Positions 47,115-58,422 of a DNA stretch of 64,000 bases are shown piece after piece. The translations under genes were made by a program, and so were the position numbers. Each line of letters opens with the position of its first letter. Position 1 is the stretch's first letter. A model generated the notes under the pieces. It was not told the origin of the DNA, did no database searches, and saw nothing but the letters and a program-made list of their open reading frames with translations. Origin of the DNA: an uncultured Acidobacteriota bacterium (GTDB taxonomy: Bacteria > Acidobacteriota > Thermoanaerobaculia > Multivoradales > SZUA-115); the NCBI GenBank assembly GCA_963805975.1, contig CAWDVR010000001.1, positions 64,001 through 128,000 on the forward strand, written 5' to 3'.

Positions 47115-48800
47115 ATGACTCGTCGAGCCTGCCTGTTTGCCTCGCTCCTCACCTTCGCTTCGGTGCTCGAGGCCCCGGCACAGCCGGCCCAGGCCCAGCA
47201 AACCGAGTCTTCGTTCGGCGAGAAGGTCGAGGTGACGGTGGTCAACGTCGAGGTCTACGTCACGGACCGGGACGGCAACCCGATCCGCGGCCTGGGGCGC
47301 GAGGACTTCACGTTGCTCGAGGACGGCAAGCCGGTCGAGGTCACCAATTTCTCGGCCGTGGAGGGGGGCGCGGCGATCGAGGTGCGCGAGGGAGCGGGTG
47401 GCCTCGAGCCGGCGCCGGTCGCGCCGCCGCGAGCCGAGCACCGCCTCAGCCTGATCGTCTACGTCGACAACCTCCACCTCCAGCCGGCGAGCCGCAAGCG
47501 GGCGCTCGGCCAGGTGCGCGAGTTCCTGGGCCAGAGCTTCCCGGCCGGCTCGCGGGTGATGGTGGTCAGCTACGAGCGCTCGCCCCGGGTGGTGCAGCCA
47601 TTCACCGAGGATCTGGCGTTGGCCCTCTCGCAGCTCGACGGGCTGGTCAAGGGCAAGCCGATCGGCGTCGAGAACCGCGCTGCCAAGGCCAACACCCTGG
47701 CGCAGATCCGAGCGATCTACGACAACGACGGCTGCTCGGAGCTGGCCCTCGACCAGATGCGCGCGCTGGCCCTCGCCTATGCGCAGCCCCTGGCGCACGA
47801 GGACGCACAGTCCTTCACCGCGCTGGCGGGCGTGGTGGGCTCGGTGGCCGGCCTGCCGGGGCGCAAGGTGGTCTTCCACGTCTCGGACGGCGTGCCGCTG
47901 GTCTCCGGGCAGGAGGCCCTCGGCCTGGTCGGCAGCCTGTGCGAGGGAGCCTTCGGCCCCTTCGCGGGCTCCGAGCTCTCCCAGGACAAGAGGCTGCGGC
48001 GCCTTTCGACCCAGGCCAACGCCGCCGGCGTGACCTTCTACACCCTGGAGGCCGCCGGGCTCCGGGCCCCGCTCGCGAGCTCGGCCGAGCAGGCGAGGCC
48101 CACCTTGTCGGCGACGCTCGAGAGCGACTCGATCGCCAACGAGCAGGACGTGCTGTTCAACCTGGCCAGCGAGACCGGCGGCCGTGCTCTCCTCAACTCC
48201 AACCGGCTGCAAGAGGCGCTGGTCAGCGTGGGGCGGGACCTCTCCAACTTCTACTGGCTGGGCTACGCCGCCGAGCGCTCGGCCGATGGCCGGGTGCACG
48301 CGCTCGAGGTGAAGGTGCGGCGCGACGGCGCCCGCGTGCAGCACCGCCGGTCGTACCGCGACAAGACGGCCGAGGATCGCCGCGAGGAGCGGGTGCTGGG
48401 GGCGCTGCTCCTGGGCTCGGGGGAGAACCCGCTGGGCGCGACGCTCGAGCCCGGGGAGGCGGTGCGCGACAAGGGCGGCCAGATGCTGATGCCGGTCCGC
48501 CTGCGGCTGCCCATGGCCAACCTGGCCCTGCTGCCCCGGGAGGGAGGGAAACGCGCGGGAAGGCTGCGGCTCGCCATGGTGGCGCGCGACGCCGAGGGCG
48601 GCACCACGCCGGTGCGCACCGTGGAGGTGCCGATCGAGGTTCCGGAGGCCGAGGCCGTGGCGGCCCTCGCCCGCGATTTCCTCTACGAGGTGAAGATGGC
48701 GATGCGGCCCGGCCCACACCGGGTGGCGCTGGCGGTGGAGGACGTGCCCACGGGCGTGACGTCCTACCTGGCGCGGGACTTCGAGGTGCCGAAGAAGTAG
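47115..48800 (+). CDS. VWFA-related (Acidobacterial-type) secreted protein
   Basis: FGEKVEVTVVNVEVYVTDRDG, GRKVVFHVSDG, LASETGG, YWLGY, DGRVHALEVK. Confidence 0.88.
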   Translation: MTRRACLFASLLTFASVLEAPAQPAQAQQTESSFGEKVEVTVVNVEVYVTDRDGNPIRGLGREDFTLLEDGKPVEVTNFSAVEGGAAIEVREGAGGLEPAPVAPPRAEHRLSLIVYVDNLHLQPASRKRALGQVREFLGQSFPAGSRVMVVSYERSPRVVQPFTEDLALALSQLDGLVKGKPIGVENRAAKANTLAQIRAIYDNDGCSELALDQMRALALAYAQPLAHEDAQSFTALAGVVGSVAGLPGRKVVFHVSDGVPLVSGQEALGLVGSLCEGAFGPFAGSELSQDKRLRRLSTQANAAGVTFYTLEAAGLRAPLASSAEQARPTLSATLESDSIANEQDVLFNLASETGGRALLNSNRLQEALVSVGRDLSNFYWLGYAAERSADGRVHALEVKVRRDGARVQHRRSYRDKTAEDRREERVLGALLLGSGENPLGATLEPGEAVRDKGGQMLMPVRLRLPMANLALLPREGGKRAGRLRLAMVARDAEGGTTPVRTVEVPIEVPEAEAVAALARDFLYEVKMAMRPGPHRVALAVEDVPTGVTSYLARDFEVPKK

Positions 48801-48868
48801 CCAAGCCGCACCGCCTCCGCTATCCTCCGCACCGCCTTCCGTATTCCATCTGACCGAGGCGGTGACGA

Positions 48869-50194
48869 ATGCCGAACCCGTCGTTCCCTCCCGTCCGCCG
48901 GCGCGAGCTCGTCGGCTGGGCGATGTTTGATTTCGCCAATTCGAGCTACACGACGCTGATCGTCACCGTCGCCTACAGCGTCTACTTCACCAAGCTGGTG
49001 GCGCCCGGCGACCGCGCCGACTTCCTCTGGGGCGCCGGAATCTTCGTCAGCAACCTGATCGTCGCCCTGGTGGCGCCCATCGTCGGCGCCATGGCGGACG
49101 ACATGGGCCGGAAGAAGCTGTTCCTCTTCGCCACCTACGCCCTCTGCGTGCTGGGCACGTTGGGCCTCTACTTCGTGCTGCCGGGCCAGGTGGCCCTGGG
49201 GCTCGGCCTCTTCGTGCTCTCGAACCTCGGCTTCTCGTTCGGTGAGAACCTGGTGGCCGCCTTCCTGCCCGAGATCTCGACGCCGGCCAACGTCGGCCGC
49301 ATCTCCGGCTTCGGCTGGGGGCTGGGCTACTTCGGCGGCCTGCTCTGCCTGGTGGCCTCGTTCGGGCTGCTGTCCGGCGGCTTCACGGTCGAGAACCTGC
49401 CCAATTTGCGGCTGGTCTGGGTGGTGACCGGCCTCTTCTTCCTGGTCACCGCGCTGCCGACCTTTCTGCTGCTGCGAGAGCGCGCGGTGCGTGGCCCCCG
49501 GCGGACGCTGGCCGAGTACGGCCGCGTGACCTTCGGCCGGCTCTTCGAGACGGCGCGCTCGCTGTCGCACTTCTCCGAGCTGGCGCGCTTCCTCGCCGTG
49601 TTCTTCGTCTTCTGCTGCGGCCTCTACTCGGTGATCGCCTTCGCCTCGATCTACGCCGAGCGCACGCTGGGCTTCGGCCCCAAGGAGCTGATCCTCCTCT
49701 TCGTGGCCCTGCAGGTCTCCTCGGCCCTGGGCGCCTTCGCCTTCGGCTCGATCCAGGACAAGGTCGGCGCCCGGCTCACCATCCAGGTGACGCTGGGGCT
49801 GTGGATCCTGGTCTGCACCGGCGCCTATTTCTCGACCAGCAAGGCGATGTTCTGGGTGGTGGGGATGGGGGCGGGACTGGGCATCGGCTCGTTGCAATCG
49901 GCATCGCGCGGCTTGGTGGGGCTGTTCTCCCCGGTCGAGAAGAGCGGCGAGTTCTTCGGCCTCTGGGGCTTCTCGGGCAAGGCCGCCTACACCGTGGGGC
50001 CGCTCATCTTCGGCGCCATCTCTTCGGGCACCGGCTCCCAGCGCGTCGCCATCCTGTCGACGGCGCTCTTCTTCATCGTCGGCCTCGCCGGCATGGCGGG
50101 CATCCGGGAGGAGCGCGGCCAGGCCGCGGCCCTGGCCTGGAGCGAGGGCCGCGCCGGGCGCGAGGGCGGCGCCCAGAGAGAGACGGGCGGTTGA
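48869..50194 (+). CDS. MFS transporter, UMF1/Atg22-like
   Basis: WAMFDFANS, GRISGFGWGLGY, SRGL...SGEFFGL. Confidence 0.9.
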   Translation: MPNPSFPPVRRRELVGWAMFDFANSSYTTLIVTVAYSVYFTKLVAPGDRADFLWGAGIFVSNLIVALVAPIVGAMADDMGRKKLFLFATYALCVLGTLGLYFVLPGQVALGLGLFVLSNLGFSFGENLVAAFLPEISTPANVGRISGFGWGLGYFGGLLCLVASFGLLSGGFTVENLPNLRLVWVVTGLFFLVTALPTFLLLRERAVRGPRRTLAEYGRVTFGRLFETARSLSHFSELARFLAVFFVFCCGLYSVIAFASIYAERTLGFGPKELILLFVALQVSSALGAFAFGSIQDKVGARLTIQVTLGLWILVCTGAYFSTSKAMFWVVGMGAGLGIGSLQSASRGLVGLFSPVEKSGEFFGLWGFSGKAAYTVGPLIFGAISSGTGSQRVAILSTALFFIVGLAGMAGIREERGQAAALAWSEGRAGREGGAQRETGG

Positions 50195-51579
50195 GCCTTC
50201 GCCGGCTCGCGGACCGCTTCGTCGTCCGCGTGGCGGGGCTCCTCGCCGCCGCCTTCTTCCGCCGCGTCGAGGTCGTGGGCGCGGCGCGCATCCCGCCAGG
50301 CCGGCCGCTGCTGCTGGTGGGCAACCACGTCAACTCGCTGATCGACCCGCTGCTGCTCCTCGCCGCGCTGCCGGTCACGCCGCGGTTCCTGGCCAAGAGC
50401 ACGCTGTGGAAAAACCACCTGCTGAGGCCGCTTCTGGTGCTGGCCGGCGCCGTGCCCGTCTACCGGCGCCAGGACGAGGGCGTCGACCCGGCAAAGAACC
50501 TCGCGACCTTCGCCCGCTGCCACGAGCTCCTGGCCCGGGGCGGCGCCATCGCCCTCTTCCCAGAGGGCACGAGCCACAGCGAGCCGGGCCTGGTGCCGCT
50601 GCGCACCGGGGCCGCGCGCATCGTGCTCGAGGCCGAAGAACGCTTCGGACCGCTCGGCACGCGGATCGTGCCCGTGGGCCTGGTGTTCGACGACAAGCAG
50701 CGCTTCCGCTCGCGGGTGCTGGTCGAGGTGGGCGAGCCGGTCGATCCGGCGCCCGAGGTCGAGCTCTACCGTACCGACCCGCAGGGGGCGGCACGCGCCT
50801 TGACCGCGCGCCTCGAGCAGGCGCTGCGCCGGGTGACGGTCAACTACGGCTCCTGGAAGGAGGCGGCGCTCATCGGCCGCGCCGCCGACCTCTTCGCGCG
50901 GCCCGGTCTCGCGCTGCCGGTGGACCGCAGCCTGGCCGAGGAGTCGACGCTCCACCGCCGCTTCATCGAAGGCTACGAGGACCTGCGGCAGCGCTTCCCG
51001 GAGCGCACCGCACGAGCCGCGGAGACGGTGGAGGAGTATGCCCGCCTGCTCGAGACCGCCTGCCTGACCGACGAGCACGTGGCGGCCCGTTATCCGATGC
51101 CTTCGGTGCTGCGGCTCCTCGCCCGCTCGCTGCCCGGTCTGGCGCTGGCCTTCCCGTTCGCGATGGTGGGGACGGTGCTCAACTGGGTGCCCTACCGGCT
51201 GGCCGGGTGGATCTCGAGGAAGGTCACCTGGGAGCCGGACGTGGCCGCCACCTACAAGCTCTATCCGTCGCTGCTGCTGTTCCCCGCTTTCTGGCTCGCC
51301 GAGGCGGGCGCCGCTGGCTGGGCCTGGGGCTTGTGGGCGGGCGCGCTGGTGCTCGTTGCCGCGCCGCTCCTGGGCTGGATCGCGCTCCGCTTCAACGACC
51401 GCCGGCGAAGCCTGGCTGCGGAGGCTCGCGCCTACTGGCTGCTCGCCACCCGCCAGCGCCTGGCCGACGAGCTGCGCCGCCGCCGCCGCGCCGCGCACGA
51501 GCAGGTGATGACCTTGGCGGAGCTCGCCGCCCGGCCCGACCTGGAGACCGAAGGCGACGAGCCCGCTGCTCTCTCCTGA
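50191..51579 (+). CDS. Lysophospholipid acyltransferase family protein
   Basis: NHVNSLID (NHxxxxD), FPEGTS, IVPVGL; TTG start overlapping MFS stop. Confidence 0.88.
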   Translation: MSLRRLADRFVVRVAGLLAAAFFRRVEVVGAARIPPGRPLLLVGNHVNSLIDPLLLLAALPVTPRFLAKSTLWKNHLLRPLLVLAGAVPVYRRQDEGVDPAKNLATFARCHELLARGGAIALFPEGTSHSEPGLVPLRTGAARIVLEAEERFGPLGTRIVPVGLVFDDKQRFRSRVLVEVGEPVDPAPEVELYRTDPQGAARALTARLEQALRRVTVNYGSWKEAALIGRAADLFARPGLALPVDRSLAEESTLHRRFIEGYEDLRQRFPERTARAAETVEEYARLLETACLTDEHVAARYPMPSVLRLLARSLPGLALAFPFAMVGTVLNWVPYRLAGWISRKVTWEPDVAATYKLYPSLLLFPAFWLAEAGAAGWAWGLWAGALVLVAAPLLGWIALRFNDRRRSLAAEARAYWLLATRQRLADELRRRRRAAHEQVMTLAELAARPDLETEGDEPAALS

Positions 51580-51625
51580 ACCTGGCTGAATGGATCGGTT
51601 CGACCTCTTACAAGGAGCCCGTCTC

Positions 51626-52066
51626 ATGCCCGAGACCGTTGCCCAGAACTACCAGAACCATCGCCGCTTCGTGCCGCTGTTCCACTTCGTGACCGCCACC
51701 GTCCTGGTACTGAATGCCCTGTGGCAGATCTACCTGATGTTCCGCTTCTTCTCGCCGGGGAGCGTCATCAACGTGCTCACGGCCCTGGCTCTCTGCTCGA
51801 TGTTCTACTACCTGCGGGACTTCCCGCTCCGCGTGCAGGACCGCGTGATCCGTCTCGAGGAGCGCCTGCGCCTGGCTCGCCTGCTGCCCGCCGATCTCCA
51901 GCCCCGGATCGAGGAGCTCTCGCCCGGCCAGCTCGTGGCGCTGCGTTTCGCGAGCGACGAGGAGCTGCCCGAGCTGGTGCGTAGGGTGCTTGCGGACGAC
52001 ATCCGCAGCCGCGAGGCGATCAAGAAGATGATCCGCTCCTGGCGGGCAGACCGGCTGCGGGTGTGA
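51626..52066 (+). CDS. Conserved membrane protein (DUF6526-like)
   Basis: QNYQNH, VQDRVIRLEERLR, QLVALRFASDEEL, WRADRLRV; RBS AAGGAG. Confidence 0.75.
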   Translation: MPETVAQNYQNHRRFVPLFHFVTATVLVLNALWQIYLMFRFFSPGSVINVLTALALCSMFYYLRDFPLRVQDRVIRLEERLRLARLLPADLQPRIEELSPGQLVALRFASDEELPELVRRVLADDIRSREAIKKMIRSWRADRLRV

Positions 52067-52120
52067 AGGTGCCGTGACCTCGGAGCCCAGTCTAAAGGCA
52101 ACCACCCTCGGACCGGGCTC

Positions 52121-52220
52121 TTGCCAATCGTCCGGCACCTGCCTATAATCCGCGTTCCGCCGAACAGGGTCATCGAAACGGCGGTTGAGGGTTGACGGAG
52201 GAGGCGCCTGTTGTTAGGAT
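52121..52220 (+). promoter_or_regulatory. Tandem sigma70 promoters of the ribosomal operon
   Basis: P1 TTGCCA(52121)-17-TATAAT(52144); P2 TTGACG(52192)-17-TAGGAT(52215) with extended TG. Confidence 0.8.
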
Positions 52221-52493
52221 GCGCGCTTCCGCGCCGAGGGTCCCTCCCCGGGACCGTGGCGTTCAAGGGCTTAAGCCCCACGGCTATTGCCTTCACCATG
52301 GAGCCCCGCTTGCCTTGGAGGCAGGTTTGGGTTCCTGACCCCCGAAGCCTTTTCGAAGGCTGCGTGAGGGATAAGGGTCTCGCCACTGCGCCCCTTGCGC
52401 TGGTTGTAGAGGGTGCGCCGGCTGTGGAAGGGCGCGCAGGCGAATCGGTGCGCGTCGGGGAATGGATCGAACGGGTCAGGAGACGAAAAGCGT

Positions 52494-52868
52494 ATGCCGA
52501 CGATTCACCAACTGGTTCGTAAGGGACGCGAGGCCGTCCAGTACAAGACCAAGAGCCCCGCTCTCCAGGCCTCGCCGCAGCGGCGCGGTGTCTGTGTCCG
52601 TGTCTACACCCAGACCCCCAAGAAGCCGAACTCGGCGCTGCGCAAGGTCGCCCGCGTTCGTCTGACCAACGGCATCGAGGTCACTACCTACATTCCCGGC
52701 GTCGGTCATAACTTGCAGGAGCACTCGATCGTCCTGATCCGCGGCGGCCGCGTGAAGGATCTGCCCGGCGTCCGTTACCACGTGATTCGCGGCACGCTCG
52801 ACGCCGTGGGCGTCGACGGCCGGCGCCAGGGGCGCTCGAAGTACGGCACCAAGCGTCCGAAGTCGTAA
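52494..52868 (+). CDS. rpsL: 30S ribosomal protein S12
   Basis: [33 protein letters not shown]. Confidence 0.99.
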   Translation: MPTIHQLVRKGREAVQYKTKSPALQASPQRRGVCVRVYTQTPKKPNSALRKVARVRLTNGIEVTTYIPGVGHNLQEHSIVLIRGGRVKDLPGVRYHVIRGTLDAVGVDGRRQGRSKYGTKRPKS

Positions 52869-52888
52869 GACCACGGAGAACTCAAGAG

Positions 52889-53359
52889 ATGGCCAGGCGC
52901 AGAGAGATCCCCAAGCGCGAGGTTCTACCGGACCCGCTCTACAACTCGCAGTTGCTGACCAAGTTCGTCAACGTGCTGATGTCGGACGGCAAGAAGTCCA
53001 CGGCGCAGCGCATCCTCTACAGCGCTCTCGATTCGATCCGCGAGCGTACGAGTGACGATCCGATCAAGGTCTTCAAGCGGGCGATCGAGAACGTCAAGCC
53101 GGCGGTCGAGGTGAAGTCGCGGCGCGTCGGCGGCTCCACCTACCAAGTGCCGGTCGAGGTCCGCCCGAGCCGGCGGCTGGCGCTGTCGCTGCGCTGGTTG
53201 ATCCAGATGGCGCAGGGGCGCGGCGAGAAGACCATGCGCCAGCGCCTGGCCAACGAGCTGATGGAAGCGGCCGAGCACCGTGGTGGCGCGATCAAGAAGA
53301 AGGAAGACACGCACCGCATGGCCGAGGCCAACAAGGCGTTCTCGCACTACCGCTGGTAA
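52889..53359 (+). CDS. rpsG: 30S ribosomal protein S7
   Basis: [19 protein letters not shown]. Confidence 0.99.
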   Translation: MARRREIPKREVLPDPLYNSQLLTKFVNVLMSDGKKSTAQRILYSALDSIRERTSDDPIKVFKRAIENVKPAVEVKSRRVGGSTYQVPVEVRPSRRLALSLRWLIQMAQGRGEKTMRQRLANELMEAAEHRGGAIKKKEDTHRMAEANKAFSHYRW

Positions 53360-53442
53360 CCCCTCGACAACCCCAGAAGACGAGCTGCGAGCAAGACGCA
53401 AGGGATCACTTTCGCTGCACGAGACGACGAGTCAAATACACC

Positions 53443-55518
53443 ATGGCAAGGCAAACTGACCTCAAGGACACGCGCAATATCGGCATCATGGCCCACATTG
53501 ATGCCGGTAAGACGACGACTACCGAGCGCATCCTTTATTACACCGGCGTCTCCTACAAGATTGGCGAGGTCCACGAGGGAACCGCCGTGATGGACTGGAT
53601 GGTTCAGGAGCAGGAGCGCGGCATCACCATCACCGCCGCTGCCACCACCTGCTTCTGGAAGGACCACCGCATCAACATCATCGACACCCCAGGGCACGTC
53701 GATTTCACCGCCGAGGTGGAGCGGTCGCTCCGCGTGCTGGACGGTGCCGTGGCGGTGTTCGACGCCGTGGCCGGTGTCGAGCCGCAGTCCGAGACCGTCT
53801 GGCGGCAGGCCGACCACTACCGCGTGCCGCGCATCGCCTTCGTCAACAAGATGGACCGGATCGGCGCCGACTTCGAGCGCACCATCGCCATGATGCGCTC
53901 CCGCCTGGCGGCTTCACCGGTCGCGGTGCAGCTCCCTCTGGGCAAGGAAGACGGCTTCCGCGGCATCATCGACCTGATGGAGATGAAGGCCATCAACTAC
54001 AAGGACGAGACCCTCGGTGCCGACTACCAGTTGGGCGACATCCCCGAGGAGCACCTCGACCGCGCGCACCAGTACCGCGAGCAGATGGTGGAGGCGATCT
54101 CGGAGACCGACGAGGCGCTGCTCGAGAAGTATCTCTCCGGCGAGGCGGTGACCAACGACGAGCTCAAGGCAGCCCTGCGCCGCGCCACGGTGACCAATCG
54201 GCTCCAGCCGGTGCTCTGCGGCAGCGCCTTCAAGAACAAGGGCGTGCAGCCGCTGCTCGACGCGGTGATCACCTACCTGCCCTCGCCCCTCGAGATCCCT
54301 TCGGTGACCGGTCACGCCGTCGACGGCGACATGCCCATCGAGCGCCGGGCGGCGGACGACGAGCCGTTCTCGGCCCTGGTGTTCAAGATCATGAGCGACC
54401 CCTTCGTGGGCCAGCTCTCCTACTTCCGGGTGTACTCGGGGCACGTCGAGTCCGGCAACTCGGTGCTCAATACCGCCACCGGCAAGACCGAGCGCATCGG
54501 CCGGCTGCTCAAGATGCACGCCAACAAGCGCGAGGAGATCAAGGAAGTGTGGGCGGGCGACATCGCCGCGGCCGTCGGCTTGAAGGACGTGCGCACGGGC
54601 GGCACGATCTGCGATCCGAAGCAGCCGGTGGTGCTCGAGTCCATGAGCTTCCCCGAGCCCGTGATCGCGGTCTCGATCGAGCCCAAGACCAAGGTCGATC
54701 AGGAGAAGCTCGGCATCGCCTTGGGCAAGCTCCAGCAGGAGGATCCGACGTTCAGGGTCCATACCGATCCCGATACCGGCCAGACCTTGATCTCCGGCAT
54801 GGGCGAGCTGCACCTCGAGATCATCACCGACCGCTTGGTGCGCGAGTTCAAGGTCGGCGCCACGGTCGGCCGCCCGATGGTGGCCTACAAGGAGGCGATC
54901 ACCACCGAGGCCGAGGCCGAGGGCCGCTACATCCGGCAGACCGGCGGCCGTGGCCAGTACGGCCACTGCAAGATCCGTGTGCGCCCGACCTCGGAAGGCG
55001 ACTTCGTCTTCGTCAACGCGATCGTCGGCGGCTCGATCCCCAGGGAGTACATCAAGCCGATCGAGATGGGGATCAAAGAGGCGATGGAGACCGGGCCGCT
55101 CGCCGGCTACCCGATCACCGGCATCGAGATCGAGCTCTACGACGGCAGCTACCACGACGTCGACTCCTCCGAGATCGCCTTCAAGATCGCCGGCTCGATG
55201 GCTTTCCAGGACGGCGCCAAGCGGGCGAAGCCGGTGCTCATGGAGCCCATCATGTCGGTCGAGGTGGTGACGCCCGAGGATTACATGGGCGACGTGATCG
55301 GAGACATCAACTCGCGCCGCGGCCGGGTTCACCACATGGAAGGTCGCGGCAACGCGCAGGTCATCTCCTGCCGCGTGCCGCTGTCCGAGATGTTCGGCTA
55401 CGCCACCGACCTGCGGTCGCAGACCCAGGGGCGAGCCACCTACACCATGCAGTTCGCGGCCTATGAGCAGGCTCCGAAGAACGTCAGCGAAGAGATCGTC
55501 GCTAAGGCCGCAGGCTAG
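53443..55518 (+). CDS. fusA: Elongation factor G
   Basis: [25 protein letters not shown]. Confidence 0.99.
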   Translation: MARQTDLKDTRNIGIMAHIDAGKTTTTERILYYTGVSYKIGEVHEGTAVMDWMVQEQERGITITAAATTCFWKDHRINIIDTPGHVDFTAEVERSLRVLDGAVAVFDAVAGVEPQSETVWRQADHYRVPRIAFVNKMDRIGADFERTIAMMRSRLAASPVAVQLPLGKEDGFRGIIDLMEMKAINYKDETLGADYQLGDIPEEHLDRAHQYREQMVEAISETDEALLEKYLSGEAVTNDELKAALRRATVTNRLQPVLCGSAFKNKGVQPLLDAVITYLPSPLEIPSVTGHAVDGDMPIERRAADDEPFSALVFKIMSDPFVGQLSYFRVYSGHVESGNSVLNTATGKTERIGRLLKMHANKREEIKEVWAGDIAAAVGLKDVRTGGTICDPKQPVVLESMSFPEPVIAVSIEPKTKVDQEKLGIALGKLQQEDPTFRVHTDPDTGQTLISGMGELHLEIITDRLVREFKVGATVGRPMVAYKEAITTEAEAEGRYIRQTGGRGQYGHCKIRVRPTSEGDFVFVNAIVGGSIPREYIKPIEMGIKEAMETGPLAGYPITGIEIELYDGSYHDVDSSEIAFKIAGSMAFQDGAKRAKPVLMEPIMSVEVVTPEDYMGDVIGDINSRRGRVHHMEGRGNAQVISCRVPLSEMFGYATDLRSQTQGRATYTMQFAAYEQAPKNVSEEIVAKAAG

Positions 55519-55572
55519 AAAACGGCTGAAGGTCGAATCGAAACCGCGTAGTGAGGAACCCTGGAGGGGAGC

Positions 55573-56766
55573 ATGGCGAAGCAGAAGTTTGAGCGTTCGA
55601 AGCCGCACGTGAACATCGGTACGATTGGTCACGTGGACCATGGGAAGACGACGTTGACGGCGGCGATCACGAAGGTATTGGCTTCGAAGGGTTTGGCGGA
55701 TTTCGTGGCGTTCGATCAGATCGACAAGGCACCGGAGGAGCGTGAGCGCGGGATCACGATCGCGACGGCTCACGTGGAGTACCAGTCGGAGGTGCGTCAC
55801 TACGCGCACGTGGATTGCCCGGGTCACGCGGACTACGTGAAGAACATGATCACGGGTGCGGCGCAGATGGACGGTGCGATCGTGGTGGTGTCGGCGGCGG
55901 ACGGTCCGATGCCTCAGACGCGGGAGCACATTTTGTTGGCGCGCCAGGTGGGAGTGCCGAGCATCGTGGTGTTCCTCAACAAGTGCGACATGGTGGACGA
56001 TCCGGAGCTTTTGGACCTGGTGGAGCTGGAGGTTCGTGAGCTGTTGTCTAAGTACGACTTCCCCGGCGATGACATTCCGATCGTCCGTGGTTCGGCGCTC
56101 AAGGCTCTGGAGGCGGGCAAGGCGGACGATCCGTGGGGTTCGAAGATCATCGAGCTGATCACGGCGGTGGACAACTATGTGCCGCTGCCGGAGCGGGCGA
56201 TCGACAAGGACTTCCTGATGCCGATCGAGGACATTTTCTCGATCCAGGGTCGGGGCACGGTGGTGACGGGCCGGGTGGAGCGGGGGATCATCAAGGTGGG
56301 CGACGAGGTGGAGATCGTAGGCATCCATCCGACCACGAAGACGATCGTGACCGGCGTCGAGATGTTCCGGAAGCTCCTGGACCAGGGCCAGGCGGGCGAC
56401 AACGTGGGGATCCTGCTGCGCGGCACGAAGAAGGACGACGTGGAGCGCGGGCAGGTGCTGGCCAAGCCGGGCTCGATCACGCCGCACACCAAGTTCAAGG
56501 GCGAGGTGTACGTGCTGACCAAGGACGAGGGGGGGCGGCACACTCCGTTCTTCAACGGCTACCGTCCGCAGTTTTATTTTCGTACCACGGACGTGACGGG
56601 CGTGGCGACGCTTCCGGGCGGCACGGAGATGGTGATGCCCGGGGACAACGTGAACCTGGAAGTGGAGCTGATCGCGCCGATCGCGATGGAGAAGGGCGTA
56701 CGGTTCGCGATTCGCGAAGGCGGACGCACCGTCGGCGCCGGCACCGTCACCGAAATCGTCAAGTAG
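55573..56766 (+). CDS. tuf: Elongation factor Tu
   Basis: [25 protein letters not shown]. Confidence 0.99.
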   Translation: MAKQKFERSKPHVNIGTIGHVDHGKTTLTAAITKVLASKGLADFVAFDQIDKAPEERERGITIATAHVEYQSEVRHYAHVDCPGHADYVKNMITGAAQMDGAIVVVSAADGPMPQTREHILLARQVGVPSIVVFLNKCDMVDDPELLDLVELEVRELLSKYDFPGDDIPIVRGSALKALEAGKADDPWGSKIIELITAVDNYVPLPERAIDKDFLMPIEDIFSIQGRGTVVTGRVERGIIKVGDEVEIVGIHPTTKTIVTGVEMFRKLLDQGQAGDNVGILLRGTKKDDVERGQVLAKPGSITPHTKFKGEVYVLTKDEGGRHTPFFNGYRPQFYFRTTDVTGVATLPGGTEMVMPGDNVNLEVELIAPIAMEKGVRFAIREGGRTVGAGTVTEIVK

Positions 56767-56818
56767 GAAGCGTCACAAAAAGCGAGAGCAGAGCGGGAAG
56801 CGGAGAGCAGGAGCGACT

Positions 56819-57136
56819 ATGGTCAACGAGAAGATCCGGATTCGCCTGAAGGCGTTCGACTATCGCGTGCTCGATACGTCGACGCACGAGATCGTCGACA
56901 CGGCACGCCGCACCGGCGCCCGGGTGGTCGGTCCCATCCCGCTGCCCACTCACATCTCGCGCTACACCGTGAACCGCTCGGTCCACGTCGACAAGAAGTC
57001 GCGTGAGCAGTTCGAGATCCGCACCCACAAGCGGCTGCTGGACATCTTCGAGCCCACCAGCCAGACCGTGGATGCGCTCATGAAGCTCGAGCTGCCGGCC
57101 GGTGTGGACGTCGAGATCAAGGCTTTCGGAAAGTAG
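56819..57136 (+). CDS. rpsJ: 30S ribosomal protein S10
   Basis: [22 protein letters not shown]. Confidence 0.99.
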   Translation: MVNEKIRIRLKAFDYRVLDTSTHEIVDTARRTGARVVGPIPLPTHISRYTVNRSVHVDKKSREQFEIRTHKRLLDIFEPTSQTVDALMKLELPAGVDVEIKAFGK

Positions 57137-57163
57137 CCTTCGGGGTCGAGAAAGGGCGCGCTG

Positions 57164-57793
57164 ATGCAAGGGATCATGGGCAAAAAGCTGGGCATGACCC
57201 AGATCTACGAAGCGGACGGCAGAGTCGTGCCGGTCACTATCGTGCAGGCGGGGCCTTGCCTCGTCGTGCAGCGCAAGACCGAGGCGAGCGACGGCTACGA
57301 GGCGGTGCAGCTCGGCCTGGTCGAGCAGCACACGCCGCGCCACGTGAGCAAGGCCCTGAAGGGTCACTACGACAAAGCCGGCGTCGCTCCGGGCTACCGT
57401 CTGGTGGAGTTCGAGGTCGGTGCCGACGACAGCGTCGCCGCGGGCGACCAGGTGAAGGCGACGATCTTCGCCGTCGACGACTACGTGGACGTGGTGGGGA
57501 CCAGCAAGGGCAAGGGCTTCCAGGGGGTCATGAAGCGCCACGGCTTTGCCGGCGGCCGCGCCTCCCACGGTTCGATGTTCCACCGCGCCCCGGGCTCGAT
57601 CGGTTCCTCGGCTTTCCCGTCGCGGGTACTGCCGGGCTTGCGGGCGCCGGGCCAGATGGGCGCCTCGCGGGTGACGATGAAGAACCTGAAGATCGTCAAG
57701 GTCGACGAGGAGAACAACCTCCTCTACCTGCGCGGCGCCGTGCCTGGTGCCAAGCAGGGCTACCTGGCGATCCAGCGCGCGAAGAGAGGCTAG
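57164..57793 (+). CDS. rplC: 50S ribosomal protein L3
   Basis: [21 protein letters not shown]. Confidence 0.99.
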   Translation: MQGIMGKKLGMTQIYEADGRVVPVTIVQAGPCLVVQRKTEASDGYEAVQLGLVEQHTPRHVSKALKGHYDKAGVAPGYRLVEFEVGADDSVAAGDQVKATIFAVDDYVDVVGTSKGKGFQGVMKRHGFAGGRASHGSMFHRAPGSIGSSAFPSRVLPGLRAPGQMGASRVTMKNLKIVKVDEENNLLYLRGAVPGAKQGYLAIQRAKRG

Positions 57794-57798
57794 GGACC

Positions 57799-58422
57799 AT
57801 GAAGATCGCGGTCAAGACCCTCGACAACCAGAGCGCCGGCGAAGTAGAGCTGCCGGCCTCGGTGTTCGGTTACCCGTACAAGGAGCACCTGATCCACACC
57901 GTGGTGCAGGCGATCCTGGCCGGCCAGCGTGCCGGCACTCACAAGACCAAGCCGCGCAGCGAAGTCTCGGGCGCCGGACGGAAGCTGTGGAAGCAGAAGG
58001 GCACCGGCCGCGCCCGGGTGGGGAGCCTGCGCTCGCCGCTGTGGCGCAAGGGCGGCACCGTCCATGGCCCGCAGCCCAGGAGCTACGAGAAGGACGTCTC
58101 GGCGCGCGAGAAGCGCAACGCTCTCAAGTCCGCGCTGTCGAAGAAGCTCGCCGACGGCGGCATCGTGGTGCTCGACAAGCTCGAGCTCGGGAACCACAAG
58201 ACCGGCGGGCTCGCCAGATCGTTGGGCAGCCTGGGCATCGACGCCAAGGCGCTCCTGGTCGACAGCTTCGACAACCTGAACCTCGCTCGCGCGTCGCGCA
58301 ACCATCCGTTGCTCAAGACCGTCGACGCGCTGGCCGTCAACGTCTACGACGTCGTCGACCGCTCCTTTGTCGTGGTCAGCCGGGGCGCGCTCGACCGGCT
58401 GGTGGAGGTGTTGGACCGATGA
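57799..58422 (+). CDS. rplD: 50S ribosomal protein L4
   Basis: KQKGTGRARVGS, GGTVHGPQPR. Confidence 0.98.
   Translation: MKIAVKTLDNQSAGEVELPASVFGYPYKEHLIHTVVQAILAGQRAGTHKTKPRSEVSGAGRKLWKQKGTGRARVGSLRSPLWRKGGTVHGPQPRSYEKDVSAREKRNALKSALSKKLADGGIVVLDKLELGNHKTGGLARSLGSLGIDAKALLVDSFDNLNLARASRNHPLLKTVDALAVNVYDVVDRSFVVVSRGALDRLVEVLDR

Noticed and set aside
48806-48837. CCGCACCGCCT direct repeat upstream of the MFS gene
   Set aside because: GC-rich, low complexity; not distinguishable from chance.
52494-52868. Streptomycin-resistance substitutions in S12
   Set aside because: PKKPNS and RVKDLPG motifs are wild type.
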